Assembly (NCBI GenBank): GCA_963716245.1 | Contig: OY970300.1 | Coordinates: 913,152 to 977,151, forward strand | Reading direction: 5' to 3' | Length of the DNA stretch: 64,000 nucleotides | DNA from: an uncultured Solirubrobacterales bacterium | GTDB taxonomy: Bacteria; Actinomycetota; Thermoleophilia; Solirubrobacterales; 70-9 | Shown here: positions 8,577 through 17,101 of the stretch, piece by piece | Layout: each line of letters starts with the position of its first letter | Position numbering within the stretch: position 1 is the first letter of the stretch | Made by a program: the position numbers and the translations under genes | The notes under the pieces: generated by a model | Seen by the model: the letters and a program-made list of their open reading frames with translations, nothing else | What the model was told of the DNA's origin: nothing | Databases searched by the model: none

Positions 8577-10066
8577 CGCTCTCGGCCGTACGCCTCCAGA
8601 AGTTTGAGCCAGACCTCGCTGCGGGTCGGGTAGGCGGCAACCGCGTGGCGCAGGAGAGCGAGCGGGATCTCGCCGACGACGGCGATCGTGGCGGCGTGCA
8701 GGAGCTCGGCGGTCTCGAAGCCGGTGAAGGTGGCGCCGACGATCGTCTCCCTGTCCCGGTCGATCACGAGACGGGACGTGCCGCCGGTGTCCTTGCCGTA
8801 GAAGCTGGCGCCGGCCGTTCCGTCGGTGGGGACGTCGACCGCCCGGGCGTCGATGCCGGCCGCTTCGGCTTCCCCCAGCGTCTTGCCCACCGCCGCCACC
8901 TGCGGGTCGGTGAAGGTGACGCGGGGGGAGCCGAGCCCTTCGGCAACCGCCGCCGCCTCCCGGCCGAGCACGTTCTCGGCGGCGACCCAGGCCTGGTACT
9001 TGCCCATGTGGGTGAGCAGCGCCCGGCCGTTGACGTCGCCGACCGCGTAGAGCCAGTCGCGCCCGCCGACCCGCATGCGGTCGTCGGTCTCCAGGAAGCC
9101 GCGGTCGTCGGGCTCGACGCCGGCCGACTCGAGGCCGATGCCCTCGGTTCGCGGGACGCGACCGACGGCGACGAGCAGCTCGGCCGCTTCGAGTCTGCCA
9201 CCGTCGTCCAGATCGACCGTGACGCCCGTCCCCGATCGGTGCGTCCGAGATTCACCCCCCTCTGGTGTGGCCGACGTCGGATGCGCGGTGGCGACTCGTC
9301 GGGCCAGCACGCCGGTCCGAACGTCTATCCCGTGCTTCGTGCGCAGCGACTCGGCCACCTGCTCGCCGGCGAAAGGCTCCTCGCGCGGCAGCAGCCGCTC
9401 CTCGCCCTCAACCAGGATCACCTCCGTCCCGAGCGTCGCCCACGCTTGGGCCAGCTCGGCTCCGACCGGACCGCCGCCGAGGACGACCATGCTCTCCGGC
9501 ACCTGCTTTGCCGTCGTCGCCTCGCGGTTGTTCCAGGCGCTCACCGCGTCGAGGCCCACGATCGGCGGCATCGCCGCGCCGCTGCCCGTCGCGACGACGA
9601 CGGCGCGGCGCGCAACCAAGACGTCACCCGAGCCCTTGGCGCGAAACTCGGACATATTCCGAGTTTCGCGCCAGTCGGCCGCCGTCTCGTCGACGACGAC
9701 GCGGCGCTCGCCGTCGAGCCGTCCCTCGCCGCGGAACAGCTCGATTCCGCGCTCCTCCAGCCAGGGCAGCTGACCCGAGTCGTCGCGGTCGTGGATCACC
9801 TCGTCGCGGCGGCTCAGCACCGCCGCCGGGTCGAGATCGCCGCCGACCGCCTCGGCGACGCCGGACACGCGCCTTGCCTCGGCCAGCAGCTCGCCCGGCC
9901 GCAGCAGCGCCTTCGACGGCATGCACGCGTAGTAGGAGCACTCGCCGCCGACGAGGTGCTGCTCGACGATCGCGACCGAGAGCCCGCCTTCGGCGAGCCG
10001 CCCCGCGCAGACCTCACCGGGAGCGCCGGCGCCGATCACGATTGCGTCGAAGTCCCGCTCGGCCAT
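8573..10066 (-). CDS. Class I FAD-dependent pyridine nucleotide-disulfide oxidoreductase
   Basis: FAD-binding motif DAIVIGAGAPG, redox-active disulfide GGECSYYACMPSK, an NAD(P) fold (VVLGGGPVGAELA) and a dimerisation-domain C-terminus. I prefer the ATG at 10066; the ORF-track start at 10102 lies 8 nt from the tmRNA 5' end. Confidence 0.85.
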   Translation of the reverse strand: MAERDFDAIVIGAGAPGEVCAGRLAEGGLSVAIVEQHLVGGECSYYACMPSKALLRPGELLAEARRVSGVAEAVGGDLDPAAVLSRRDEVIHDRDDSGQLPWLEERGIELFRGEGRLDGERRVVVDETAADWRETRNMSEFRAKGSGDVLVARRAVVVATGSGAAMPPIVGLDAVSAWNNREATTAKQVPESMVVLGGGPVGAELAQAWATLGTEVILVEGEERLLPREEPFAGEQVAESLRTKHGIDVRTGVLARRVATAHPTSATPEGGESRTHRSGTGVTVDLDDGGRLEAAELLVAVGRVPRTEGIGLESAGVEPDDRGFLETDDRMRVGGRDWLYAVGDVNGRALLTHMGKYQAWVAAENVLGREAAAVAEGLGSPRVTFTDPQVAAVGKTLGEAEAAGIDARAVDVPTDGTAGASFYGKDTGGTSRLVIDRDRETIVGATFTGFETAELLHAATIAVVGEIPLALLRHAVAAYPTRSEVWLKLLEAYGRER

Positions 10067-10109
10067 TGGGAATCCATACCCGACCCCGTACAATCGGTGC
10101 ACATAGCAC

Positions 10110-10467
10110 GGGGGCGACAGGCTTCGACCTGGTCGGTCCGTGCGAACGGTTGCAGGTCGAGGTTGCCGGAGGCCTCGTTAAACACCGGCACCAACCAATA
10201 CGTGCGGACCATGAGTTCGCCCTCGCCGCCTAGTTAGATCTAGGTGAGTGAGAGTCGGCCCTCTCCCGCCCGCGGAGGGGGGCACCGGCTTCAATTGCGG
10301 GCTCACCCGGGCGGATCGCCCCGTTCGCCAGGGGACATTTCAGAGGGCTTTATCTCCCGCAGTGCCCGCCGGCGCGGACCCCGGGAGACGAGAATCAAGC
10401 GCCGGCTAAGCCTGTAGAAACCTTCGCGCTACGGCCAGGGACGCCGGTTCGATTCCGGCCGCCTCCA
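10110..10467 (+). ncRNA. ssrA: tmRNA (SsrA)
   Basis: The 5' end GGGGGCGACAGGCTTCGAC and 3' end GGACGCCGGTTCGATTCCGGCCGCCTCCA form a tRNA-Ala-like acceptor stem with a G3.U pair plus a T-arm. An internal tag frame reads GCG GAC CAT GAG TTC GCC CTC GCC GCC TAG (..ADHEFALAA*) at 10204-10233. CCA is not encoded. Confidence 0.9.
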
Positions 10468-10492
10468 CTTCACCGCAAAACCGGATGTGCCG

Positions 10493-10687
10493 TCAGCGTC
10501 TTCCCGTGCGCCGGGCGACCCATGAATCCATTTCCATGGAGAGGGTCACCGCCGCGAGCGCCGTTGGGAGCAAGATCCATGGTGGTGCGCCGAAAGCGAG
10601 AATGGCAACCATCGCGACCCCATCGAAGAGAACGCTTACGGCAAGCGTACCTCGTGGAAACCGCGTCAGTCGCTCCATCAGGTCCAC
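10493..10687 (-). CDS. Hypothetical small membrane protein (two predicted TM helices)
   Basis: GTG start and hydrophobic sequence. Third-position GC (about 60% by hand count) is clearly lower than in flanking genes. It overlaps the upstream small ORF by 10 nt. Confidence 0.35.
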   Translation of the reverse strand: MDLMERLTRFPRGTLAVSVLFDGVAMVAILAFGAPPWILLPTALAAVTLSMEMDSWVARRTGRR

Positions 10688-10953
10688 ACCATGATTGTAA
10701 GTGCGCTAATCGCGGCTGCGGAGCCTGCCGTGAAGCCGCTTGCCAGGCCCTCGTTGATTCGCTGTGCGACCAATTCGGGTGGCCGAAGCTGCCGGATCGC
10801 CTGCGCTGCTGCAAAACCACTCGCATAGGCCATCACGCCGCCGAGAATTGAGAAAGCGGCGACCGCTGCTTCGAGGAGGTCACGCGCGCCGGCCGGATCG
10901 ATGGGAGTCACCCTGCGACCGTAAACGGCCTCGGCGCGCGGGTGGTGCGCCAA
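10678..10953 (-). CDS. Hypothetical small membrane protein (two predicted TM helices)
   Basis: TTG start and two hydrophobic segments. Third-position GC is about 65% by hand count. No family recognised. Confidence 0.35.
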   Translation of the reverse strand: MAHHPRAEAVYGRRVTPIDPAGARDLLEAAVAAFSILGGVMAYASGFAAAQAIRQLRPPELVAQRINEGLASGFTAGSAAAISALTIMVWT

Positions 10954-10970
10954 ACGTAAAAAGTCCGCGA

Positions 10971-11477
10971 CTACTTCGTCGCGAGAGTCGCGGACAGCTC
11001 GGGCGGGCGGTTCAGGGTCTGGAAGACGACGCAGTAGCGCTCGGTCAGCTTCAGCAGCGTCGCCAGCTCCTCCTCGCTCGCGTCCGCGTCGAGCTCGAAG
11101 CTGAGGCGGATCGAGCGGAAGCCGACCGGGGCGTCGCGGTCGACGGCGAGGGTGCCGCGGAAGTCGAGCTCGCCCTCGGCGCGGACGGTGCCCGACTCGA
11201 CCGCGATCCCCAGCGAGGTCGCGACGGCGCGCAGGGTCACCCCCGCGCAGGCGACCAGCGCCTCGAGCAGCATGTCGCCCGAGCAGAGCTGGGTCCCGTC
11301 CCCGCCGGTTGCGGGGTGCAGGCCGGCCTCGGCCAGGGCGCGGCCGGTCTCGACCGAGCAGGAGATCCCCTCGCCGAGGCTGCCGCTGGCGGCGAGCGTG
11401 ACGACGGCTGCCTCCGGCTCCTCTGCGTAGCGCTCCTTCAGCGGCGTCTGGATCGCCCGTAGCTCGTCCCGTTGCAT
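10971..11477 (-). CDS. OsmC/Ohr family peroxiredoxin-like protein
   Basis: OsmC-like core with two conserved Cys contexts (QLCSGDMLLEALVACAGVTL ... LTERYCVVFQTL). I prefer the ATG at 11477 (MQRDELRAIQ). Confidence 0.85.
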   Translation of the reverse strand: MQRDELRAIQTPLKERYAEEPEAAVVTLAASGSLGEGISCSVETGRALAEAGLHPATGGDGTQLCSGDMLLEALVACAGVTLRAVATSLGIAVESGTVRAEGELDFRGTLAVDRDAPVGFRSIRLSFELDADASEEELATLLKLTERYCVVFQTLNRPPELSATLATK

Positions 11478-11542
11478 CGCCTTGAGATTACGCCGGGAAA
11501 GGCACAATGGGTGCGGCGGCCGGATGCGTGCCGCCCGAACAC

Positions 11543-13450
11543 ATGGCCATCGCCACCGCGAAATCCCTCCACGTCCACGCCGGCGGCGAGCTGCTGTTCG
11601 CCGACGTCTCGTTCAAGCTGGAGCTGCGCGAGCGGATGACGCTCTCGGGTCGCAACGGCGCCGGCAAGACGACGCTCCTGCGGGTCCTGGCCGGGGAGGT
11701 GGCGCCCGAGTCGGGCGGCGTCTCGATCCAGAAGGGCGCCCGGATCGCCCTGCACGACCAGCGCCCGCCGCGCCATGCCGAGACCTCGCTGGGCGACTAC
11801 GTCTTCTCCGGGCGCGCCGACATGCTCGCCGCGGAGGCCGAGCTGGAGCGGCTCGAGGCGGCGATGTCGGGCGGCGCCCCGGACGAGGAGACGCTGCGCG
11901 CCTACTCCGCCGCCCAGCAGCGGCTCGACCACGGCGGGGGCTACCGCTGGCGCGACGGCGTGCTCGCCGTGCTGCGCGGCCTCGGCTTCGACGGCGAGGA
12001 GGCGGCCCGGCCGCTCGCGACCTTCTCGGGCGGCGAGCTGACCCGCGCCTCGCTCGCGCGGGCGCTGGCGGCGCGTCCCGACCTGCTCCTGCTCGACGAG
12101 CCGACGAACCACCTCGACATACCGGCGCTGGAGTGGCTCGAGCGGTACCTGGTCGAGCTCGACGCCGCCGTCGTCCTCGTCGCCCACGACCGCTGGTTCC
12201 TGGAGGCGGTCGGGACCTCGGTGCTGGAGATCGAGGCACAGCGGGCGCGGTTCTTCGCCGGGCCCTGGCACGCCTGGCGCAAGGAGCAGGCCGCGCGCGA
12301 AGTCGCCCGCGGCAAGGCGATCGAGCGTCAGCAGGCCGAGATCGAGCGGATGGAGCGCTTCGTCGAGCGCTTCCGCTACAAGGCGACCAAGGCGAGGCAG
12401 GCGCAGGAGCGGCTGAAGCGGATCGAGAAGCTGAAGCGCGACGGGGTGTCGGCCGCGCGTCGCGAGACGCGCAACCTCCGGTTCTCCTTCCCGCAGCCGG
12501 AGCGACCGGGCCGCGTGGTGCTGAAGATGCGAAACGCGACGATCGCGGTGCCGGGCAGGACGCTGCTGGAGGGGGCCGGCCTCGATGTGGAGCGCGGCGA
12601 GCACGTCGTCCTGGTCGGCCCCAACGGCGCCGGCAAGACGACGCTGATCGAGACGCTGGCGGGGCGCCGCGAGCCGGAGGCCGGATCGGTGTGGACGGGG
12701 CACAACGTCAAGGTCGGCTACCTCTCCCAGCACGCCGACACGGCGGCGGGCGAGGGGACCGTGCTGGACGCGGCCCGGCGCGAGACGGGCCTGAGCGGTC
12801 GCAAGGCGCGCGACCTGCTCGGCGGGTTCCTCTTCTCGGGGGCGGAGGCGGAGAAGTCGCTCGCCGACATCTCGGGAGGCGAGCAGCGCCGCCTCTCCCT
12901 GGCGATCCTGGTCGCCTCGGGCGCCAACGTGCTGATCCTCGACGAGCCGACCAACCACCTCGACGTCGAGAGTCGCGAGGCGCTGGAGGACGCGCTCTCG
13001 GTCTTCGAGGGGGCGGTGATCCTCGTCTCCCACGACCGGGCGCTGCTGGAGGCGGTCGGGACACGCACCGTCGCCCTCGAAGGCGGAGAGCTGCGCAGCC
13101 ACCCGACCGGCTGGGCTGAGTACCAGCGGCAGCGCGACGAAGCCGAGGAGGCCGCCGCGAGCGCCAGGCAGGCATCGAGGCCGCCGCGGCAGGGTCACCG
13201 GCGTCGAGCCGTCAAGTCGACAGAGCGAGCTGTGCGGAAAGCGAGCCGCCTGGCGGGGAAGATCGAGGCGGCGGAGGCCGTGCTGCGCACTGTCGAGGAG
13301 GAGCTGTCGGACCCGGCTGCCTGGTCGACGCCGGAGCGTGCCGAGGAGGCGACGGAACGCCACACGGCAGCCAAGCGGGCGGTCGCCGATCTCTACGAGG
13401 AGTGGGAGGAGGCCGAAGCCCAGGTCAGCGCAGCGGCCGATCCAGCCTGA
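11543..13450 (+). CDS. ABC-F family ATPase (two ABC domains, no TM domain, C-terminal coiled-coil)
   Basis: Two Walker A motifs (GRNGAGKTT, GPNGAGKTT), two signatures (FSGGELTR, ISGGEQRR), an inter-domain linker and a charged helical tail. Confidence 0.9.
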   Translation: MAIATAKSLHVHAGGELLFADVSFKLELRERMTLSGRNGAGKTTLLRVLAGEVAPESGGVSIQKGARIALHDQRPPRHAETSLGDYVFSGRADMLAAEAELERLEAAMSGGAPDEETLRAYSAAQQRLDHGGGYRWRDGVLAVLRGLGFDGEEAARPLATFSGGELTRASLARALAARPDLLLLDEPTNHLDIPALEWLERYLVELDAAVVLVAHDRWFLEAVGTSVLEIEAQRARFFAGPWHAWRKEQAAREVARGKAIERQQAEIERMERFVERFRYKATKARQAQERLKRIEKLKRDGVSAARRETRNLRFSFPQPERPGRVVLKMRNATIAVPGRTLLEGAGLDVERGEHVVLVGPNGAGKTTLIETLAGRREPEAGSVWTGHNVKVGYLSQHADTAAGEGTVLDAARRETGLSGRKARDLLGGFLFSGAEAEKSLADISGGEQRRLSLAILVASGANVLILDEPTNHLDVESREALEDALSVFEGAVILVSHDRALLEAVGTRTVALEGGELRSHPTGWAEYQRQRDEAEEAAASARQASRPPRQGHRRRAVKSTERAVRKASRLAGKIEAAEAVLRTVEEELSDPAAWSTPERAEEATERHTAAKRAVADLYEEWEEAEAQVSAAADPA

Positions 13451-14750
13451 CCCGGGCGCCCCGGCCGGGGGCGAGGGTGATGTTGCGGACCTTGACCCGC
13501 TCGGGCTTCGGGTCGGGGGCGCTCAGCTCGGCTCGCTCGAGGATCGCGCCCAGGACGATGCGCATCTCGTATTCGGCGAAGGCCGCGCCGATGCAGCGGC
13601 GGACGCCGCCGCCGAACGGGATCCAGACGTAGGTGTCCGCCCTGCCGCCGAGGAAGCGCTCGGGCCGGAACTCCTCCGGCTCGGGAAAGAGGTCCTCGCG
13701 ATAGTGCAGCGCTGCGATCGCCGGCAGGACGAAGCTGCCGGCCTCGAGCTCATAACCGCCGATCCGCGCCGGCGCGGTCAGCTTGCGGGCGACGTCGACG
13801 ATCACCGGTCGTGCTCGCAGCGTCTCCTTGATCGTCGCGTCGAGGTAGTCGTCCTCGCCGGCGGCGATCGACTCGCGCAGCCGATCGAGCACGGGCCGGT
13901 TGCGGAGCAGCCGCTCGATCGCCCAGGCGAGCGCCGTCGCGGTCGTCTCGTGACCGGCGCCGAGCACGGTGACCAGCTCGTCGCGCAGCTCCTCGTCGCT
14001 CATCGGGCAGCCGTTGTCGTGGCGCGCGGCGAGGAGCAGCGAGAGCACGTCGTCGCGCTCGCCCTGTCCTGCGCCGGTCTCGGCCCGCCGCAGGGCGATC
14101 TCCTCGTAGATGAACTCGTCGAGCTCCTCACGAGCGCGCAGGAACCGCGTCCAGGGGCTCCAGCGGCCGAGGTCGCGGCGCAGGATCGGGAAGGCGGTGA
14201 CCGCGTTGACCCGGCCGGAGAAGGTCTCGATCAGGCCCCTGAATCGCTCCAGCCGCTGCTCGTCGTCGACGCCGAAGACGGCGCGCATGATCACCGCCAG
14301 GGTGATCCGCTGAGTGTGAGGACGCAGCGAGAACGGCACGCCGACCGGCCAGCTCGTCATCTCGCGCATCGTGACCTCGCGAATCAGCTCGCCGTAGCGC
14401 TGGATCCGCTCGCCGTGGAACGGCGGCAGCAGCAGCTTGCGCTGGCGCATGTGCGCGCCCTCGTCGAGGGTCAGGACGGAGTTGGGTCCCAGCGCCGGCT
14501 CGAGCACGGTCGCGTTCGCCTCGCCGGCGTGGAACTGCTCGGGCGAGCCGGTGAAGACGTTCTTGACCAGTTCCGGCTCGGCGACGTAGACGATCCGGCC
14601 GAAGTAGGGGAAGCGAACGGTGAAGACGTCGCCGTAGCGGCGCTGGAAGCCGACCAGGAAGCCGAGCGGGTCGCGGGTGTAGCGGACCGCCTGCACGAGC
14701 GCCGGCAGTCGCGATCCGGGCGGCGGGCGGTAGTCGGTCATGGCGGTCAT
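13425..14750 (-). CDS. Cytochrome P450
   Basis: Heme-binding loop FGGGVRRCIGAAFAEYE, ExxR (ETLR) and I-helix AGHETT. The start is placed at the ATG at 14750 that abuts the recurrent 5' motif. Confidence 0.9.
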   Translation of the reverse strand: MTAMTDYRPPPGSRLPALVQAVRYTRDPLGFLVGFQRRYGDVFTVRFPYFGRIVYVAEPELVKNVFTGSPEQFHAGEANATVLEPALGPNSVLTLDEGAHMRQRKLLLPPFHGERIQRYGELIREVTMREMTSWPVGVPFSLRPHTQRITLAVIMRAVFGVDDEQRLERFRGLIETFSGRVNAVTAFPILRRDLGRWSPWTRFLRAREELDEFIYEEIALRRAETGAGQGERDDVLSLLLAARHDNGCPMSDEELRDELVTVLGAGHETTATALAWAIERLLRNRPVLDRLRESIAAGEDDYLDATIKETLRARPVIVDVARKLTAPARIGGYELEAGSFVLPAIAALHYREDLFPEPEEFRPERFLGGRADTYVWIPFGGGVRRCIGAAFAEYEMRIVLGAILERAELSAPDPKPERVKVRNITLAPGRGARVRLDRPLR

Positions 14751-14776
14751 AGGTGTTGCCAGGCAAGGACGCAGGG
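14748..14776 (-). repeat. Copy 1 of a recurrent 5' motif (CCCTGCGTCCTTGCCTGGCAACACCTATG)
   Basis: 19/19 nt identical to the copy upstream of gpmI, in the same sense as the downstream gene, and ending in its ATG. Confidence 0.5.
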
Positions 14777-14838
14777 AGCGTGGCGTGCTCCGCACGCGAG
14801 CGCCCGAGGACGCCGCATGGCGACACCTAGGGCCGCCA

Positions 14839-15744
14839 TCAGAAGACGATCGTGCGGTCGCCGTCGAGCAGGACGCGGTCGTCCAGGTGGGCCTTGACGG
14901 CGCGGGCGAGGACGAGCCGCTCGACGTCGCGCCCGATTTGAATCAGGTCTCCGATCTCGTCGCGGTGGCTGATGCGCGTCACGTCCTGGTCGATGATCGG
15001 CCCTGCGTCGAGCTCCTCGGTGACGTAATGGGCCGTGGCGCCGATCAGCTTGACGCCGCGCTCGTGGGCGCGTGCGTAGGGGTCGGCGCCGACGAAGGCG
15101 GGTAGGAAGCTGTGGTGGATGTTGATCGCCGGGGCGCCCATCCCACGCAGGAATCCGGCCGAGAGGATCTGCATGTAACGGGCGAGGACGAGCAGGTCGA
15201 TCTTTCCGGCGAGCAGCTCGAGGACGCGCCGCTCCGCCTCTGCCTTCCCATCCTCCCCGATGGCGACGTGGTGGTAGGGGAGTCCGAGCGAGCTCACCTG
15301 GTCGCCGTGGTCGGGGTGGTTGGAGACGACGCCGATCAGCTCGGCCCCCAGCTCGCCGCTGCGCCAGCGCCAGAGCAGGTCGGAGAGGCAGTGGTCTTCC
15401 CGCGAGACCATGATCGCTACCCGCTTGCGCTCGCTCGACTCGGCGAAGCGGTGGTCCATCTCCAGCGGGCCGGCCACCTCTTCGGCGAAGCGACGACGGA
15501 GCTCCGGCGGCTCCGTCGTCGGCGAGGGCTCGAAGACCATCCGCATGAAGAAGCGACCCTCGTCGCTGGAGTGCTGGTCGGCGTCGAGGATGTTGCAGCC
15601 GGCGTCCGCAAGGAAGCCGCTGACGGCGGCGATCAGCCCCGGCTTGTCCGGACAGGCGAGCAGCAGCCGCGAGGTGAAAGGGGGATCGGCGATGCCGAGA
15701 TCATGGCGGGTCGGCGCATTTGATGGACCAGTCGCTACGCTCAA
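14839..15744 (-). CDS. purU: Formyltetrahydrofolate deformylase
   Basis: N-terminal ACT domain (LLLACPDKPGLIAAVSGFLADAGCNI) and a formyltransferase core (NIHHSFLPAF..GA.PY..A, ATAHYVTEELDAGPII). TTG start as given in the ORF track. Confidence 0.9.
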   Translation of the reverse strand: MSVATGPSNAPTRHDLGIADPPFTSRLLLACPDKPGLIAAVSGFLADAGCNILDADQHSSDEGRFFMRMVFEPSPTTEPPELRRRFAEEVAGPLEMDHRFAESSERKRVAIMVSREDHCLSDLLWRWRSGELGAELIGVVSNHPDHGDQVSSLGLPYHHVAIGEDGKAEAERRVLELLAGKIDLLVLARYMQILSAGFLRGMGAPAINIHHSFLPAFVGADPYARAHERGVKLIGATAHYVTEELDAGPIIDQDVTRISHRDEIGDLIQIGRDVERLVLARAVKAHLDDRVLLDGDRTIVF

Positions 15745-15747
15745 TCG

Positions 15748-16380
15748 GTGAAGGCGATTCTGGATAGGTCAGGCAAATCGTCCCGTTGGGCGCTGGGGTG
15801 CGCGACTCTCGCGTTGACGATCGCCGTGCTGGCCCCGGCCAGCGCGGATGCCGCCTTTGCGACCTTTTCCAACGGCGTGCTCACGGTCAATGCCAGCGAG
15901 GGGAAAGTCGTCCCTCGCTGCGCGAGCGACGGCGAAATTACGGTCAGCGGCGTCCTCGTCGATGCCCAATGCCGCGACCTGCGGCGAATCGAGGCCTCGT
16001 CGATCGTGGCCGCCACCTTCGACTTCTCGCAGCTGCCCGACAACCTCGGAGGGGGGCAGGGTCCGATCGAGATCCATGCCACCTCCAAGGTGAGCGATCC
16101 GCTCGACTTCACCGACGACCTATTCATCGGCGCTGCCGGGCACGTCAACGTCTTCAGCGGCGGGCTCGGCTCCGATTCGCTCACCGGCGGCAATCTCGCC
16201 GACACCCTGAACGGCGGCGCCGACAGCGACAAGCTCGTCGGCGCTGGCGGAAACGACCTCCTCCGCGGCGGTCCCGCGGGGGACAAGCTGCTCGGCGGAC
16301 CCGGCCGCGACACCCTGAAGGGCGGCAGCGGCGGCGACAAGCTCATCGGCGGTCCCGGCAAGGACGTCGAGACGCCGTAG
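15748..16380 (+). CDS. Secreted protein with hemolysin-type (RTX) calcium-binding repeats
   Basis: Sec signal peptide (LALTIAVLAPASADA), then six or more GGxGxD-type nonapeptides (GGLGSDSLTGGNLADTLNGGADSDKLVGAGGNDLLRGGPAGDKLLGGPGRDTLKGGSGGDKLIGGPGKD). Confidence 0.75.
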   Translation: MKAILDRSGKSSRWALGCATLALTIAVLAPASADAAFATFSNGVLTVNASEGKVVPRCASDGEITVSGVLVDAQCRDLRRIEASSIVAATFDFSQLPDNLGGGQGPIEIHATSKVSDPLDFTDDLFIGAAGHVNVFSGGLGSDSLTGGNLADTLNGGADSDKLVGAGGNDLLRGGPAGDKLLGGPGRDTLKGGSGGDKLIGGPGKDVETP

Positions 16381-16490
16381 GCGCTGCAGGATCCTCTTCA
16401 ACGCCTCGACGGGTCGCGAAGCGTCGTGCCTGAGCTCGTGTTCATCGACACGAACACAGGGTCAAGTGTGACCGTCGTCACCCTGCGTCG

Positions 16491-16515
16491 CGCAAAACCT
16501 CTCCACGGTTTTGCG
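16491..16515 (+). terminator. Terminator/attenuator-like hairpin 2 nt upstream of the rpf-like start
   Basis: CGCAAAACC-tctccac-GGTTTTGCG (9-bp perfect stem) followed by TCTTGCTC. Weaker hairpins lie at 16438-16457 and 16457-16485. Confidence 0.5.
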
Positions 16516-16517
16516 TC

Positions 16518-17009
16518 TTGCTCACAAAACACACATATTCCGTCCTCGTCCTCCTGCTCGCGCTGGCCGTCCCGACGGCCGCACTCGCCGCCGCCGAGGG
16601 CGGTGAGCCCGAGCGTCGCATCGGCGTCGCCCAAGCCGTGCCGGTGACCGGAGCGATCCTGATCGAGCCGGCAACCGGCCTGCGGAGGGAAATGCGCGCC
16701 GCGGCCCGCCGCATCCGAGCCGAGCGCCGCGCCCGCCTGCGCCGCGAACGCCGCGAAGAGTTCGCGAGCCTTCCGGCCGGCGTCTCGATGTCCACGCTGG
16801 AATCGATCGCGGCCTGCGAGTCCGGCGGCGATCCGACCGCCGTCTCCTCGGACGGCAGCTATCGCGGCAAGTACCAGTTCTCGTTCGAAACGTGGGCGGC
16901 GGTCGGCGGCTCCGGCGACCCCGCCGCCGCGTCCGAGGCCGAGCAGGACTACCGCGCCGCCCTGCTCTACGCCGCCTCGGGCTCCAGCCCCTGGCCCGTC
17001 TGCGGCTGA
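16518..17009 (+). CDS. Resuscitation-promoting-factor-like (transglycosylase-like domain) secreted protein
   Basis: Signal peptide, then IAACESGGDPTAVSSDGSYRGKYQFSFETWAAVGG, which matches the Rpf/transglycosylase-like CESGG...QF...TW motif. Confidence 0.8.
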   Translation: MLTKHTYSVLVLLLALAVPTAALAAAEGGEPERRIGVAQAVPVTGAILIEPATGLRREMRAAARRIRAERRARLRRERREEFASLPAGVSMSTLESIAACESGGDPTAVSSDGSYRGKYQFSFETWAAVGGSGDPAAASEAEQDYRAALLYAASGSSPWPVCG

Positions 17010-17033
17010 CCCGCCGCGACCGTACCCCGCACC

Positions 17034-17088
17034 GGGACGTTCCTGAGGTTGACCCCCCTCTAGCGCGGGTTGACCTCAGGCACGTCCC
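17034..17088 (+). terminator. Long hairpin between the rpf-like and HD-domain genes
   Basis: GGGACGTTCCTGAGGT ... ACCTCAGGCACGTCCC (15/16 complementary) with a loop of about 23 nt. The loop region carries a direct repeat of GGTTGACC. Confidence 0.5.
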
Positions 17089-17101
17089 CTACGATGGCCG
17101 C

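Noticed and set aside
10468-10960. A prophage or integrative element at the tmRNA 3' end
   Set aside because: Only about 500 bp of atypical sequence is present, with no integrase and no att duplicate seen. It is reported only as a possible remnant.
16381-16517. c-di-AMP (ydaO-type) riboswitch upstream of the Rpf-like gene
   Set aside because: The genomic context fits, but I could not find the conserved ydaO core sequence blocks by eye. It is kept only as a generic structured leader in the findings and needs an Infernal scan.
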